Positions 29,637 through 40,961 of a DNA stretch of 64,000 nt are shown here, piece by piece; positions within the stretch are counted from its first letter, which is position 1, and each line of letters starts with the position of its first letter. The stretch covers positions 2,073 through 66,072 of the forward strand of contig CAZDPL010000001.1 of assembly GCA_964507345.1 (NCBI GenBank). Direction: 5' to 3'. Made by a program: the position numbers and the translations under genes. The notes beneath the pieces were generated by a model. It searched no databases. It had not been told where the DNA came from and was given only the letters and a program-made list of their open reading frames with translations. This DNA comes from an uncultured Nitrososphaeria archaeon. GTDB lineage: Archaea; Thermoproteota; Nitrososphaeria_A; Caldarchaeales; Wolframiiraptoraceae.

Positions 29637-29789
29637 TTCGAGGATGTTTATGCCCGATTATGGCGATCTCCTGGCAAAGGGAACTTTGCTCAGCCGTAGA
29701 TAGGGTAATGCGGAAATATAATCTAGCTTAAATCCCTTCTTTTTTGATATCGCGGATTTAAGTTCCATAAGTCTGAGGCATCCTTCGAA
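29637..29789. other. Intergenic multibranched fold-back element (candidate ncRNA or MITE-like element)
   Basis: Five nested inverted repeats visible by eye (see findings). Confidence 0.45.
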
Positions 29790-29849
29790 GAAGCTGTCTT
29801 CCTCAAAGTATTTATTGAGTGGGTAGCTGACTTTGAGTAAAGGCAATCG

Positions 29850-30389
29850 TTGCTGGATGAGGTTGAGAACTTGAAGAGAGGCTTATTCATCGGTAGGTTT
29901 CAACCACCTCATCTTGGGCATCTTTATGCAATAAAGTCGGCGCTGTCGAATTCAGATGAGCTAATAATAGTGATCGGCAGCGCTCAATATAGCCACACGT
30001 TTGAAAACCCGTTTACGGCTGGTGAAAGGATAGAGATGCTGAGGCTTGCGTTGATCGAGGAGGGGATAGATCTTTCTAAGATATTCCTAATACCCGTTCC
30101 AGATATTGGTGAGCACTCGATTTGGGTTTCTAAGGTTAAGTCGTTTTGCCCATCCTTTGACGTCGTTTACACTAACAATTCTCTCGTGAGGAGACTTTTC
30201 GAGGAGGAAGGCTTTCCAGTGGAGTCCACTGGGCTTTATCGCAGGGATCTGGAGATGGGGACGGCGATAAGGGAGAGGATGCTTAGAGGAGAGCCTTGGG
30301 AAGATCTCGTTCCGAAATCTGTAGCCGAATACATTAAGAGGATAAAGGGGGTCGAGAGGTTGAGGGAGATCTGCAGGAAGACTGACTAA
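29850..30389 (+). CDS. nadM: Nicotinamide-nucleotide adenylyltransferase
   Basis: GRFQPPHLGH, IGSAQYSH, NPFTAGER, WEDLVP. Confidence 0.95.
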   Translation: MLDEVENLKRGLFIGRFQPPHLGHLYAIKSALSNSDELIIVIGSAQYSHTFENPFTAGERIEMLRLALIEEGIDLSKIFLIPVPDIGEHSIWVSKVKSFCPSFDVVYTNNSLVRRLFEEEGFPVESTGLYRRDLEMGTAIRERMLRGEPWEDLVPKSVAEYIKRIKGVERLREICRKTD

Positions 30390-31594
30390 ATCTCTTCAAA
30401 CTTTATTCCCATGACCTTACAAAACGCTTTCAGTTCTTCTACTAGATCTCCTAATGCCAGAATGTGATGATTCCCTAAAGGCTTCTCTAGGATCTTCCCC
30501 GCGTTCGATCCCAAATCTACTGTTACCTGAGTTCTGCAACCATTTTCAATTCTAACTCCTTCAACAATCAATCCTGCTCCAGCTCTAAGAGTCTCATAAT
30601 TTGGAGAGAATCTCAGAAGAGTGGCTTCCATGCCAGGTTTCATCTCGCCCTTGATGGCGGGGTAAACCCCAGATTCGAAATGCGAAGTTATCTCGTAGCC
30701 GCTTGTGAGGCTTAAGGGGATTGTGCAGTGGGCTAGCGTGATTCTAGTTCCCTGACTAGCTATCACGTTTCCGATGAAGGATGCTGTGCCGCTGATGAGT
30801 CTAACTAAGATCATCGCCACCAGTGCTGGAACATCTCCCTCGCATCCAATAGTAAAGCCCATGTCTTGGAGAAGTGATGCTGAGAGGCATGGCGCGATAT
30901 TCTTGAACTTTATTATGTCGAAGCAATTCATAGTTAATCCGCTCAGCTTATAGCGTCTAAAAAGCTCTCTTAAGGCATAAGTCATCTTACATATATCCTC
31001 AAACCTATCGGCGGCTTCCTTGGGCAATTTTCTCAAAACTGGGTCGAGTAGCTTTTTCTCAATCGGGCTGGAGTCATATAGCGTGAAAAATTCGCTTAAG
31101 CTTATGTGGATTACAGAAACTCCAAGCTTCTCACGTAAAGCGCTTTCATTCAACCCACTATACACGAGCCATGGGCTAGGTTCTCCTAGAATCCCTATCT
31201 TCGAGCCGCGGATGAGCTGAGCCGCCCTCACACCCTTCAATATCCTTTCTATTTTCTTAACCGAGTCCGGCGCCTCGAGCTGAATTATCCAGCTTGGCGT
31301 ATTTTCTTCCCTAAGCAGGGAGGCTGCTTCAAGTCCTGCGGCAAGGCTATTTGACTCATGATGAGTTAGAATTAGTACGGGTTTACCGAGCTTCGTTAGT
31401 TTAGCGATTTGCTGCTCAACTCCTCCGGTGAGTATGAGAGCCAATATGGCGTCAACTTCTTCAGACGCTATGCATTCTATCGAGCTTTCTTCGCTGTAGA
31501 TGTCCGCTAGAAGGCTCTTCAATCTACTGGATTTCTTCTTCACGTACTCATCGCTCGTGAGAGGTGATGCGAAGGATATGAGAACGATCTTCAT
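30386..31594 (-). CDS. L-fucose isomerase-like family protein
   Basis: LTGGVE, NSLAAGLE, PSPWL, CFD..PCL, CEGD, AHCTIP, HFESG, CRTQ, LGNHH; start at MKIVL assumed. Confidence 0.75.
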   Translation of the reverse strand: MKIVLISFASPLTSDEYVKKKSSRLKSLLADIYSEESSIECIASEEVDAILALILTGGVEQQIAKLTKLGKPVLILTHHESNSLAAGLEAASLLREENTPSWIIQLEAPDSVKKIERILKGVRAAQLIRGSKIGILGEPSPWLVYSGLNESALREKLGVSVIHISLSEFFTLYDSSPIEKKLLDPVLRKLPKEAADRFEDICKMTYALRELFRRYKLSGLTMNCFDIIKFKNIAPCLSASLLQDMGFTIGCEGDVPALVAMILVRLISGTASFIGNVIASQGTRITLAHCTIPLSLTSGYEITSHFESGVYPAIKGEMKPGMEATLLRFSPNYETLRAGAGLIVEGVRIENGCRTQVTVDLGSNAGKILEKPLGNHHILALGDLVEELKAFCKVMGIKFEEI

Positions 31595-31640
31595 ATTCAG
31601 CGAATAGTTTTCTAAATCCATTGGGTTTAATTCTTTTGAA

Positions 31641-32006
31641 ATGAGGAGGATCTTCAACTACAAGCAGGCGATAGTAATCAGAACAGATCTCAAAATGAGT
31701 CCTGGAAAAATAGCGGCTCAAGCGGCTCACGCCGCGGTCTCCGCAGCTGAAGAATGTAGAAGGATTAAACCAGAATGGCTTAAAGAGTGGCTTCGGGAGG
31801 GCCAGAAGAAGGTGGTCTTAAAGGTTCCTGGAGAATCTGATTTGAGATCGCTTCTAGATCAGGCTAGGGCTCTGGGCTTACCAGCCGCGTTAATCGAAGA
31901 TGCAGGCTTAACTGAAATCCCGCCTGGAACGGTTACGGCTCTTGGGATAGGTCCAGCTCCATCCGAGATCATTGATAAGGTTACTGGAAAGCTTAAGCTT
32001 CTTTAA
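31641..32006 (+). CDS. pth2: Peptidyl-tRNA hydrolase Pth2
   Basis: [42 protein letters not shown]. Confidence 0.97.
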   Translation: MRRIFNYKQAIVIRTDLKMSPGKIAAQAAHAAVSAAEECRRIKPEWLKEWLREGQKKVVLKVPGESDLRSLLDQARALGLPAALIEDAGLTEIPPGTVTALGIGPAPSEIIDKVTGKLKLL

Positions 32007-32034
32007 TCGTGAGGTATAAGTCTGTCTGCTTAGG

Positions 32035-33411
32035 ATGCTGTCGACTCTGAGGCCAGAAGATATTGAACGCTTCATAGGAATTGAAGGTTACGTCACTAAG
32101 GTTAAGGGGATCGGCGGAGTGATCAAGCGCGAGCCCGAAGACTTCCTGACTTGGGAGGTTCTCGTAGATGGTTCTGATGCGAGAGCGATTTACGCGAATT
32201 GGAGAGGTTTTTCAAAGGGATTAGGTGATCAGGTTCTCGCCATCATGAAAAAGAGGAGAATCGATACGATAAGAGCATGCACTGCGATTTCGAAGAAGCT
32301 TGGAATCAAGCCTAAAATGATAAGTGTATGCGGCATCAAGGATAAGATGAGCGTTAGCTGGCAATTCGTAACCATTCCAAAAGACTTTCTAGGCGAGGAG
32401 GGTATTCAACTCGGAAACCTTATTCATCTGCTCCCGCTGAAGAACGTGAAATCCCGCTTAACGTCGAAATCCCTCGCTAAAAACATGTTTGAGATCGTGA
32501 TTCGGGAAATTGAGGCAGATGGCGAGGAGGTTAAGGAGTGTATAGAAGAGCTTAAGGTTTCAGGACTTCCAAACTTCTACGGGCATCAACGCTTCGGGAT
32601 AACGAGACCCATCACGCCAATCGTTGGAAAATACATGATGACGGGAGACTTGCAGAAAGCCGTGCTCTCATTTCTAAGCGAATACTCTCCCTTGGAAAGC
32701 GAGGAGAATAGGAAGGCGAGGAGGAGATTTAGCGAGGATATGGATCCTGAAGCGGCATTAGAATATTTTCCCAGGAGTCTGCGATACGAGCGAGAGATGC
32801 TTCGCGTTTTAGCTGAAGTGAAAGACGATTATGTAGCCGCTATAAGAGCGCTTCCATTGAGGCTTAGAAGACTGATGGTCGAATCCGTTTCAGCCCTGGT
32901 ATTCAATAAGGCTCTCTCAAAAATCATAAAGAAAGGATTACTGAATGAACTTGAGATAGGAGACTTCGTGGTCAGATTAGATATGCATGGAAGGGTGGAG
33001 CCAGGCAGGCCGATCGAAGTTAAGAGCGGAAACTTTCAGCAGATCGAGAAGCTTGTTTCCTCCAGAAAATTCGCAATAGCTCTCCCAGTCCCCGGCTATC
33101 TCTCAAGCATTCCTAGGAGCAGTAAGGGTGAAGCACTTCTATCCGCCTTAGAGGAAGTAGGAGTCTCGTTGGAAATGTTCAGGCTGAGAGAGGTTCCCGA
33201 GGCATCGACTCGAGGCTCGCTTAGGCCGATAATCGTTCCGAAGTGGAGCTGCGAGATAATACGATGGGGAGCTTCTTCCATAACCCTTAGAATAAGCCTT
33301 CCTCCTGGAAGCTATGCCACGATCCTCCTTAGAGAGATCATGAAGCCTAGGAGTCCTTTAGCGTTTATAGGGAAAATGGATAATAGCGATAAGGTTGAAG
33401 GGTTTGGCTGA
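32035..33411 (+). CDS. truD: tRNA pseudouridine(13) synthase TruD
   Basis: IKREPEDF, GIKDK, PNFYGHQRFG, LPPGSYATILLREIMK. Confidence 0.95.
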   Translation: MLSTLRPEDIERFIGIEGYVTKVKGIGGVIKREPEDFLTWEVLVDGSDARAIYANWRGFSKGLGDQVLAIMKKRRIDTIRACTAISKKLGIKPKMISVCGIKDKMSVSWQFVTIPKDFLGEEGIQLGNLIHLLPLKNVKSRLTSKSLAKNMFEIVIREIEADGEEVKECIEELKVSGLPNFYGHQRFGITRPITPIVGKYMMTGDLQKAVLSFLSEYSPLESEENRKARRRFSEDMDPEAALEYFPRSLRYEREMLRVLAEVKDDYVAAIRALPLRLRRLMVESVSALVFNKALSKIIKKGLLNELEIGDFVVRLDMHGRVEPGRPIEVKSGNFQQIEKLVSSRKFAIALPVPGYLSSIPRSSKGEALLSALEEVGVSLEMFRLREVPEASTRGSLRPIIVPKWSCEIIRWGASSITLRISLPPGSYATILLREIMKPRSPLAFIGKMDNSDKVEGFG

Positions 33412-34071
33412 ATGGAGGGCTATATTGTTAGAACCCCGAGCGCTAAGGCGACGTGGACTATAATTGCAATAAACCTCATAATCGGCTTCACCACTATAAT
33501 GATTCAATACTCGGATCCCGCGCTCTTTAACTGGATAATCTGGAATTTTGCGGCGATCCCAATCTACACCCTACTCGGAAAGCAGCTCTACAGGCTCATA
33601 ACATCCATGTTCCTCCACGGAGGTTTCATACACCTTTTCCTAAACATGTTCACGCTATTCATCTTCGGACCAGATGTCGAGAGAGTATTGGGGAGAGGAC
33701 GATATCTACTGCTCTATTTCGCGAGCGGGCTTGCCGCCGACTATGCTCACGCATATTTCATCAAGACGTTTTTCCCCATTAGGGAGCTTTTGACGGCTCC
33801 CTCGATAGGAGCCTCGGGAGCTATTTTCGGCGTCATGGCCGCTTTCGCGGTTCTATTCCCATTTAGGAGGCTCATGATTTTCATCGGGTTTCCGATAATC
33901 GCTCCAGCGATAGTCGCGATCTTCATTATGGCTGGGCTACAATTCCTCTATGCGCTCTTCACGCCTTTCTCTCAGATAGCTTACGCAGCGCATCTAGGAG
34001 GATTCCTGACGGGCTTGATCCTAACCCTAATCTTCAAGCCGTCCCTGAGGAGGGTGACCTTCACGTTTTAA
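33412..34071 (+). CDS. Rhomboid-family intramembrane serine protease
   Basis: TSMFLHGGFIHLFLNM, GASGAIFG, AHLGG. Confidence 0.95.
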   Translation: MEGYIVRTPSAKATWTIIAINLIIGFTTIMIQYSDPALFNWIIWNFAAIPIYTLLGKQLYRLITSMFLHGGFIHLFLNMFTLFIFGPDVERVLGRGRYLLLYFASGLAADYAHAYFIKTFFPIRELLTAPSIGASGAIFGVMAAFAVLFPFRRLMIFIGFPIIAPAIVAIFIMAGLQFLYALFTPFSQIAYAAHLGGFLTGLILTLIFKPSLRRVTFTF

Positions 34072-34481
34072 CGCGTTCCGATGATCTTTACATAGACTTT
34101 CCTACGCCTCGGACCATCGAACTCCGCTAAGAAGATGCTTTGCCAAGTCCCGAGCAGAATTCTCCCATCGTTTAACGGAATTACCAAGGATTGGCCTAGG
34201 ACTATGGATCTTAGGTGTGCATGAGCGTTATCGTCTACTTGATCATGTAGGTACCCCGCATTCTCTGGCAAGAGCTTTGACAAGCTATCCTCGATATCCT
34301 TCTTCAAGCCGCTTTCATCCTCGTTTATGAAGAGGCCGACGGTGGTATGAGGCGTGAAGACGTTAACAATTCCATCCCGTATACCGCTTCTCCGCAAAAT
34401 CTCCAACACGTTCGCCGTAATATTCTTCAACTCAATCCTTCTCCCAGTCTCGACGCTAAACTCCTCAAAATAGCTCTCCAT
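34068..34481 (-). CDS. YjbQ/UPF0047-family protein
   Basis: PHTT, INE, NAHAHL, LGTWQ, EFDGPR. Confidence 0.93.
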   Translation of the reverse strand: MESYFEEFSVETGRRIELKNITANVLEILRRSGIRDGIVNVFTPHTTVGLFINEDESGLKKDIEDSLSKLLPENAGYLHDQVDDNAHAHLRSIVLGQSLVIPLNDGRILLGTWQSIFLAEFDGPRRRKVYVKIIGTR

Positions 34482-34560
34482 AACTCAAACCAGTATCCCT
34501 CGACGAATTAAGGATTAAGAGTTAAAAAGGCAGCCTCCCGCCTATCTAAAGGCTCAGATC

Positions 34561-35271
34561 ATGCTCGTCGACGCCCACTGCCACGCATACGAATTCTCGG
34601 AAAAAGAGTTAGAAAAATATCAATCGATCAGGATTATCTGCGTTTCAGAAGATCTTGAAAGCAGTAGGAAGTCGCTGGAGCTTTCTGAGAAATTTCCAAA
34701 CATAGTGCCATTTGTTGGGCTTCATCCATGGAATGTCGCCGATGTATCTAAAACAGAGCTTGACGAAGTTCTGAAGCTAATAGATCGCGAGGAAGTTTTC
34801 GGGATAGGTGAAGTTGGATTAGATAAGCGGAAGGCAGTATCGTATGAGCGGCAAAAAGAGTTCTTCCAAAAATTTTGCGAAGCCTCAAGAGAATACGGTT
34901 TGCCAATGAATATCCACGCATTAGATTCTTGGACAGAAGTTCTCGAAATGCTCCGAAGATACGATATCGAGTCTGCCGTTCTACATTGGTACAGCGGCCC
35001 CGTAGAATTGCTTGAAGAACTATCTGAAGATGGTTACATGATCACCATAAACCCAGCGGTCAAAATTCAGAATAAGCATCGAAGGGTTCTGGAGGAAGTT
35101 GATCTCGATATGATTTTAACTGAAAGTGATGGTCCATACCATTACAGGGGTCTCGATTTGAAGCCTGACATGATTTCTGAGCTGGTGAAGTTCATAGCGG
35201 AGGTAAAAGGCGTTGCACCGAGCACCGTTGAGGACCTTGTTGAAAGTAATCTCAGGCGTTTCTTAAGATGA
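34561..35271 (+). CDS. TatD-family metal-dependent hydrolase/nuclease
   Basis: DAHCH, GLHPW, GEVGLD, LHWYSG, TESDGP. Confidence 0.93.
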   Translation: MLVDAHCHAYEFSEKELEKYQSIRIICVSEDLESSRKSLELSEKFPNIVPFVGLHPWNVADVSKTELDEVLKLIDREEVFGIGEVGLDKRKAVSYERQKEFFQKFCEASREYGLPMNIHALDSWTEVLEMLRRYDIESAVLHWYSGPVELLEELSEDGYMITINPAVKIQNKHRRVLEEVDLDMILTESDGPYHYRGLDLKPDMISELVKFIAEVKGVAPSTVEDLVESNLRRFLR

Positions 35272-35276
35272 TCAAG

Positions 35277-35858
35277 CTATTGGATTTGAAGGCTTTTTAG
35301 ATAACCATTGACGACTTTCTCGTTTTCCGCGTTTTCCTTATCGATTTCAGAGATGAAGCGCAGCGTCTTCGCAAAGATCTCGTATTCCTTTTTCTTAAGC
35401 ACTTCAGCTAATTTCGTTTGATATCCGTGCTCGATGAAGATGCAATACATTTCTTGGGGGAGTTCTTTGGGGATCTTAGAGAGGAGTTCATCTTCTTGGA
35501 GAGGTATGCTAAACATCTTTCCCTCCTTCTTGCCGCTTACGATTGTGTAGGCTCCTCTCGTTATCTTCTCGACTCGCGTTGGAACTGGTTCTACGGCTTT
35601 CAAATTTCTTAAGATTTCAATTGAGTCGATTATCCATCTAGGAGGCTCACTTTGTCTGCTTAGTATCGCCTTGATTTTTACAGGTATGCCGGGCTTTAGG
35701 GGAATGCTGGGCTCTCTGAGGTAGGCGATTCTGCTTTCGCCTCCAGGTGTCATTATCTTTAGACGATATTCTAGTAGTCCTCTCCGCGTCCTTGGTGTGA
35801 CGGAGATTATGTACCCGCTGAACTCGATCTCTTCTTCCTTGTACTTTGTCATTTCCAT
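35277..35858 (-). CDS. Hypothetical protein, possible N-terminal OB fold
   Basis: Long ORF co-oriented with ilvD; beta-rich EFSGYIISV...LKPGIPVKIKA...WIIDSIEIL pattern. Confidence 0.6.
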   Translation of the reverse strand: MEMTKYKEEEIEFSGYIISVTPRTRRGLLEYRLKIMTPGGESRIAYLREPSIPLKPGIPVKIKAILSRQSEPPRWIIDSIEILRNLKAVEPVPTRVEKITRGAYTIVSGKKEGKMFSIPLQEDELLSKIPKELPQEMYCIFIEHGYQTKLAEVLKKKEYEIFAKTLRFISEIDKENAENEKVVNGYLKSLQIQ

Positions 35859-35886
35859 TTTCTAACATAATCAAGGCTAGATTAGC

Positions 35887-37563
35887 TTATTTTAGTCTTT
35901 GATCCTCCCGTTGGGTGAGGATTGCTCCCGTATCTGCTGAGGATACGCTCAGAGAATATCTCAGAAGACATCCTCTCGGTATCTTGGGCTTCGGCGGCTT
36001 CCACTTCTTTAATCTCTCCTGTATTTCATCTGCGGTTAGCTCGACTTCGAGCAGCCGCTTCTCCACATCTATCCTGATTAAGTCTCCATCCTTCAATACT
36101 GCTATTGGTCCTCCTTCAGCGGCTTCGGGCGAGATGTGGCCTATGCAGAGGCCGCGTGTAGCTCCTGAGAAGCGGCCATCAGTTATCAGCGCAACTTTCT
36201 CGATTAATCCCAGCCCGACGAGAGTCGCTGTTGGTGCGAGCATTTCTCTCATGCCCGGTCCGCCTTTAGGTCCTTCGTAGCGTATCACGACAACTTCTCC
36301 TTCGGAGATCTCTCTATTCATTAGTGCTTTAACGGCGTCGCTTTCGCAGTCAAAGACTCTTGCTTTTCCCTCGAATTTCATCATGCTCGCTGGTACGCCA
36401 GCCGTCTTCAAAACAGCTCCCCTGGGAGCGAGGTTTCCTTTCAGGATTGCTATTCCCCCCGCTCTTCTAATCGGCTTACTTAATGGTCTGATGATGTTTT
36501 CATCAAGGATCTTGGCGGAGGCGATGTTTTCTTTGAGAGATTTTCCCGTGACGGTTAACGCGTCTAGGTTTAGGAGAGGTTCGAGAGCTTTCATTACGGC
36601 AGGTATTCCTCCAGCCCTATCTAGATCCTCCATGCCGTAGATGCCGCTTGGAATGAGCTCGGAGAGCTGCGGAGTTTCTCTACTCAGTCTATCAAAATCA
36701 TCGAGCGTCAAATCCACCCCAGCCTCCTTCGCGACGGCCATTAAATGGAGAACGGTATTCGTCGATCCTCCCAGAGCTAAATCCACTCTAATAGCGTTCT
36801 CGAACGCTTTCTTCGTAAGGATCTTCGAAGCCGTTAATCCTTCCTTAACCATTTCGACGATTCTTCTCCCTGATTCAAGGGCTATTGCAAGTCTTCGAGA
36901 ACTTGTCGCGGGAGGAGTAGCGGATCCTGGGAGAGATAATCCGAGAGCCTCAACCATGCATGCCATAGTGTTCGCGGTGTAGAGCCCATTGCACGACCCG
37001 CATGTTGGGCAAGCAGCCTGCTCCAGCTCTGCTAGATCTTCTTCAGAAAGCTCTCCAGCTTTAACTCTTCCAATAGCTTCAAAAACATGCGAATAAGCCA
37101 CTTTTCTCCCCCTAAACCATCCGCATAGCATCGGCCCTCCTGTGACGACTATGGTTGGTAGGTCGAGTCTCGCGGCGGCCATGAGCATCCCAGGCGTAAC
37201 CTTATCGCAGTTCGGTATCAGCACGAGAGCGTCGAGGGCGTGGGCTTCGGCGACGATCTCCACCGAGTCGGCTATCACTTCTCTCGATGGAAGCGAGTAA
37301 TGCATGCCCTTATGACCCATAGCTATTCCATCGCAGACGACGATCGTATTGAATTCGAATGGCACTCCGCCAGCCTCTCTAACCCCCTGCATAACGGCTT
37401 CAGCTATTCTCCTAAGATGGATGTGTCCTGGAACAAGGCTTGAATAACTGCTCACGACACCTATGAATGGCTTTTCAAAATCATCTCTCGTTAATCCAGC
37501 AGCATATAGCAACGCTCTATGGGGAGCTCTCTCCAACCCCTTCTTAATGACATCACTTCTCAT
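35887..37563 (-). CDS. ilvD: Dihydroxy-acid dehydratase
   Basis: [44 protein letters not shown]. Confidence 0.97.
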   Translation of the reverse strand: MRSDVIKKGLERAPHRALLYAAGLTRDDFEKPFIGVVSSYSSLVPGHIHLRRIAEAVMQGVREAGGVPFEFNTIVVCDGIAMGHKGMHYSLPSREVIADSVEIVAEAHALDALVLIPNCDKVTPGMLMAAARLDLPTIVVTGGPMLCGWFRGRKVAYSHVFEAIGRVKAGELSEEDLAELEQAACPTCGSCNGLYTANTMACMVEALGLSLPGSATPPATSSRRLAIALESGRRIVEMVKEGLTASKILTKKAFENAIRVDLALGGSTNTVLHLMAVAKEAGVDLTLDDFDRLSRETPQLSELIPSGIYGMEDLDRAGGIPAVMKALEPLLNLDALTVTGKSLKENIASAKILDENIIRPLSKPIRRAGGIAILKGNLAPRGAVLKTAGVPASMMKFEGKARVFDCESDAVKALMNREISEGEVVVIRYEGPKGGPGMREMLAPTATLVGLGLIEKVALITDGRFSGATRGLCIGHISPEAAEGGPIAVLKDGDLIRIDVEKRLLEVELTADEIQERLKKWKPPKPKIPRGCLLRYSLSVSSADTGAILTQREDQRLK

Positions 37564-37679
37564 AATGTGATACCCATTCTCCCAGATGCTTAATAATCTT
37601 TGATGTGCAGCTGAAGTAGCATCCAGCTCCTAGATAGACAAATTAATCTATCACCATCGATCAACAAACTCATAAGATC

Positions 37680-39389
37680 ATGAGGCTGAATGGAGCTAAA
37701 GCGCTGATAAAATCGCTTGAAAACCAGAAAGTGGAGACGATATTCGGAATCCCTGGGGGAGCCATACTGCCGACTTATGACGCCCTCTACGACTCAAGTA
37801 TAAGGCACATCCTCGTGAGACATGAGCAATGCGCAGCACACGCGGCCGATGGCTATGCGAGAGCTAGCGGAAAAGTTGGAGTATGTATGGCTACCTCCGG
37901 GCCCGGGGCGACAAATCTCGTAACGGGCATCGCTACAGCGTATATGGACTCTTCACCTATAGTGGCGATAACGGGCCAAGTTCCGAGAAACATGATAGGC
38001 AGAGACGCTTTCCAAGAAGCCGACATAATAGGAATCGTTACGCCGATAACGAAGTATAACTTCCAGATAAGAAGCCCGCATGATATTCCGATAGTGGTTA
38101 AACAAGCATTTCGTGTAGCGTCGAGCGGAAGACCGGGCCCTGTTTTAATAGACTTCCCAGTCGATGTTCAAAAGGAGGAGGCGGATGTTAACCTCGAACT
38201 CGAGGTCGATATAGCGGGATATAGGCCGACGAGCGACCCACATCCACTTCAGGTAAAACGCGCGGCGGAACTTCTCCTAAACGCTGAGAGACCTATCATC
38301 CTCGCGGGAGGGGGAGTAATACTCTCGAACGCATCGGAGGAACTTATTGAGCTTTCAGAATATCTTTCAATACCTGTCGCGGTCACCTTAATGGGTAAAG
38401 GAGCTTTTCCAGAAAATCATCCACTATATCTTGGGATGATCGGCATGCATGGATCGGCCGTCGCTAATAAGCTGATTCTCGAAGCAGACGTCGTATTGGC
38501 CGTGGGAACGAGATTCACTGATAGATCCGTTGGGAAATTCGATGAATTCTGCAGGGACGCGAAGATAATTCACGTAGACATAGACGCCGCGGAGATCGGG
38601 AAGAACGTGAGACCTCATGTGCCGATAGTAGCTGACGCGAAGAAGACTCTCAAAGCAATCTACGAAGCAGCTAAGGAAATTCAACGTAAGCAAGATAGAT
38701 CCATCTGGCTCCAGCGAGTTAAGCAGGTGAAAGACGAGTTCAGCTCCCTCCCCGATGTGCAGTCAGATCGCTTAAGACCCAAAGACGTTATCAAGGAAGT
38801 TCGAAGACTCCTTCCCGAGAACGGGATAGTGACGACAGGCGTTGGAAGAAATCAGATGTGGGCCGCTATATACTTCAAAGCCTACAAACCTAGAACCTTC
38901 ATCACGTCCGGCGGTCTCGGAACCATGGGATTTGGTCTCCCAGCAGCTATAGGAGCTAAAGCAGCTAAGCCTGAGAGCATAGTAGTCGATATAGATGGCG
39001 ATGGAAGCTTCCTCATGACGGAGCGAGAGCTGGCAACGACGATCGCTGAGGGAATTCCGATAATAGCCGTAATCATGAATGATGGATGGCTTGGAATGGT
39101 GAAGTACTGGCAAGACTTATTCTATGGAAAAAGGCGCTCAGCAACGAATCTAAAACAAGGGATACCCGACTTCGTCAAGCTCGCGCAAGCATACGGCGCC
39201 TCGGGAATCCGCGTTCACACGATTCAAGAGTTTTCCAAAGCCTTTAAGGAGGCTATGAAAAATGAGGTCACAACCGTGATAGACGTAATAATCTCGCCTG
39301 ATGAACCCGTCTTGCCTTTCGTCCCTCCAGGTAAGCCGCTTAGCGAGATAATCCTAGATCTTAAGGAGGTGAGGAAGGGTGGAAGTTAA
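37680..39389 (+). CDS. ilvB: Acetolactate synthase large subunit
   Basis: RHEQ, TSGPGATN, SGGLGTMGFGLPAAIG, GDGSF ThDP motif. Confidence 0.96.
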   Translation: MRLNGAKALIKSLENQKVETIFGIPGGAILPTYDALYDSSIRHILVRHEQCAAHAADGYARASGKVGVCMATSGPGATNLVTGIATAYMDSSPIVAITGQVPRNMIGRDAFQEADIIGIVTPITKYNFQIRSPHDIPIVVKQAFRVASSGRPGPVLIDFPVDVQKEEADVNLELEVDIAGYRPTSDPHPLQVKRAAELLLNAERPIILAGGGVILSNASEELIELSEYLSIPVAVTLMGKGAFPENHPLYLGMIGMHGSAVANKLILEADVVLAVGTRFTDRSVGKFDEFCRDAKIIHVDIDAAEIGKNVRPHVPIVADAKKTLKAIYEAAKEIQRKQDRSIWLQRVKQVKDEFSSLPDVQSDRLRPKDVIKEVRRLLPENGIVTTGVGRNQMWAAIYFKAYKPRTFITSGGLGTMGFGLPAAIGAKAAKPESIVVDIDGDGSFLMTERELATTIAEGIPIIAVIMNDGWLGMVKYWQDLFYGKRRSATNLKQGIPDFVKLAQAYGASGIRVHTIQEFSKAFKEAMKNEVTTVIDVIISPDEPVLPFVPPGKPLSEIILDLKEVRKGGS

Positions 39390-39906
39390 GCAGGTTAAAC
39401 AGCCCTTAAACGTGATATCCTTTATCGTCGAGAACAAGCCAGGCGTCCTCTTCAGAGTAGCTTGGCTCATTAGGAGGAGGAACTTCAATATCGAAAGCAT
39501 ATCAGTAGGTCCAACCGAGAGACCGGACTTAGCTAGGATGACTATAACGCTTTATGGAGATGAGCATGTGATCGAGCAAGTCGTAAAGCAGTTGAGAAAG
39601 CTCATTGACGTGGTGAAGGTTTCGAGACTGGATCCCGAGAATTCGGTTATACGAGAGATGGCGCTCGTAAAAGTTCACGTTCCAGATCAGGAGACGCGGG
39701 CAGACCTCGATTACTATGTGAGAGCTTTTCGAGGAAAAATAGTGGACGTATCGCCGAATGCGACGATAGTTGAAGTAACTGGGACTCCCCAGAAGATAGA
39801 CGCTTTCATAGACCTCATGAGAACCTTTGGAATCAAGGAGATTGCGAGAACGGGTGCAACCGCCTTAATAAGGGGCTCTAAGAGCATAACTAGCGAGGCG
39901 AAGTGA
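39379..39906 (+). CDS. ilvH: Acetolactate synthase small (regulatory) subunit
   Basis: [10 protein letters not shown]...[15 protein letters not shown] domain, EIARTG. Confidence 0.95.
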   Translation: MEVKQVKQPLNVISFIVENKPGVLFRVAWLIRRRNFNIESISVGPTERPDLARMTITLYGDEHVIEQVVKQLRKLIDVVKVSRLDPENSVIREMALVKVHVPDQETRADLDYYVRAFRGKIVDVSPNATIVEVTGTPQKIDAFIDLMRTFGIKEIARTGATALIRGSKSITSEAK

Positions 39907-40895
39907 AGATGGTGAACATATACTATGACAAAGACGCGAATCTAGAAATCCTGAAAGACGAAACGATCGCCGTAATAGGATATGGAAGCCAAGGAAGAAA
40001 TCAAGCATTAAACATGAGGGACTCCGGGCTGAACGTCATCATCGGCTGCAGGCCGGGAAAATCTTGGGAACTCGCCGAAAAAGAAGGCTTTAAGGTGTAT
40101 TCGATAGATGAAGCGTCCAAGAAAGGGAGCATAATCTACTTTCTGATACCTGATATGGTTCACCGCCAGGTCTACGAGAAATATGTCAAGGATAATCTCT
40201 CAGCAGGAAAAACTCTCTGCTTCTCCCACGGTTTCAGCATACATTACAAGCTCATCCAGCCTCCCAGCTACGTAGACGTGATAATGGTGGCTCCAAAGGG
40301 TCCTGGTCCGATTGTTAGAGAGAACTTCATTAAAGGTAGCGGCGTTCCAGCCCTGATAGCTGTTCATCAAGATTTCAGCGGCAGGGCGAAGGAGAAAGCT
40401 CTCGCGATAGCCAAGGCCATAGGAGCGACGAGGATGGGCGTAATCGAGACGACATTCAAGGATGAAACCGAAAGCGATCTAATCGGAGAGCAAACGGTCC
40501 TAGTAGGCGGATTAATGGAGCTAATAAAATCCGGGTTCGAAGTTCTCGTGGAAGCAGGCTACCCTCCAGAACTCGCCTACTTCGAAGCATGTAACGAGGC
40601 GAAGCTCATAATAGACCTCATCTATACAGGCGGCTTGACGGGCATGCTGAAAGCGGTATCCGATACGGCGAAATACGGAGGCCTAACAGTAGGGCCAAAG
40701 ATCATAGACGAGCATGTTAAAGAGAATATGCGAAGAGCTGTTGAAAACGTGAAGAATGGAAGCTTCGCAAAAGAATGGATTAGCGAGTATGAAAACGGCG
40801 CCCCAACCTTAAAAAAGCTGATGAAAGAAATCGAATCCCATCCACTTGAAGTAGTTGGACGGAAGATGAGAAAGCTGGCAGGACTAGAGAAATAG
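39903..40895 (+). CDS. ilvC: Ketol-acid reductoisomerase
   Basis: [29 protein letters not shown]. Confidence 0.97.
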   Translation: MKMVNIYYDKDANLEILKDETIAVIGYGSQGRNQALNMRDSGLNVIIGCRPGKSWELAEKEGFKVYSIDEASKKGSIIYFLIPDMVHRQVYEKYVKDNLSAGKTLCFSHGFSIHYKLIQPPSYVDVIMVAPKGPGPIVRENFIKGSGVPALIAVHQDFSGRAKEKALAIAKAIGATRMGVIETTFKDETESDLIGEQTVLVGGLMELIKSGFEVLVEAGYPPELAYFEACNEAKLIIDLIYTGGLTGMLKAVSDTAKYGGLTVGPKIIDEHVKENMRRAVENVKNGSFAKEWISEYENGAPTLKKLMKEIESHPLEVVGRKMRKLAGLEK

Positions 40896-40961
40896 ATCAA
40901 AATTCGTAATTTTTCGAAGATATGGATTTATACCTCGATTTTCAAGACATTTTGATCTACC

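Noticed and set aside
29658..29846. 62-aa minus-strand ORF in the rtcA-nadM gap
   Set aside because: TTG start, no SD or motif; the region is better explained by nested inverted repeats
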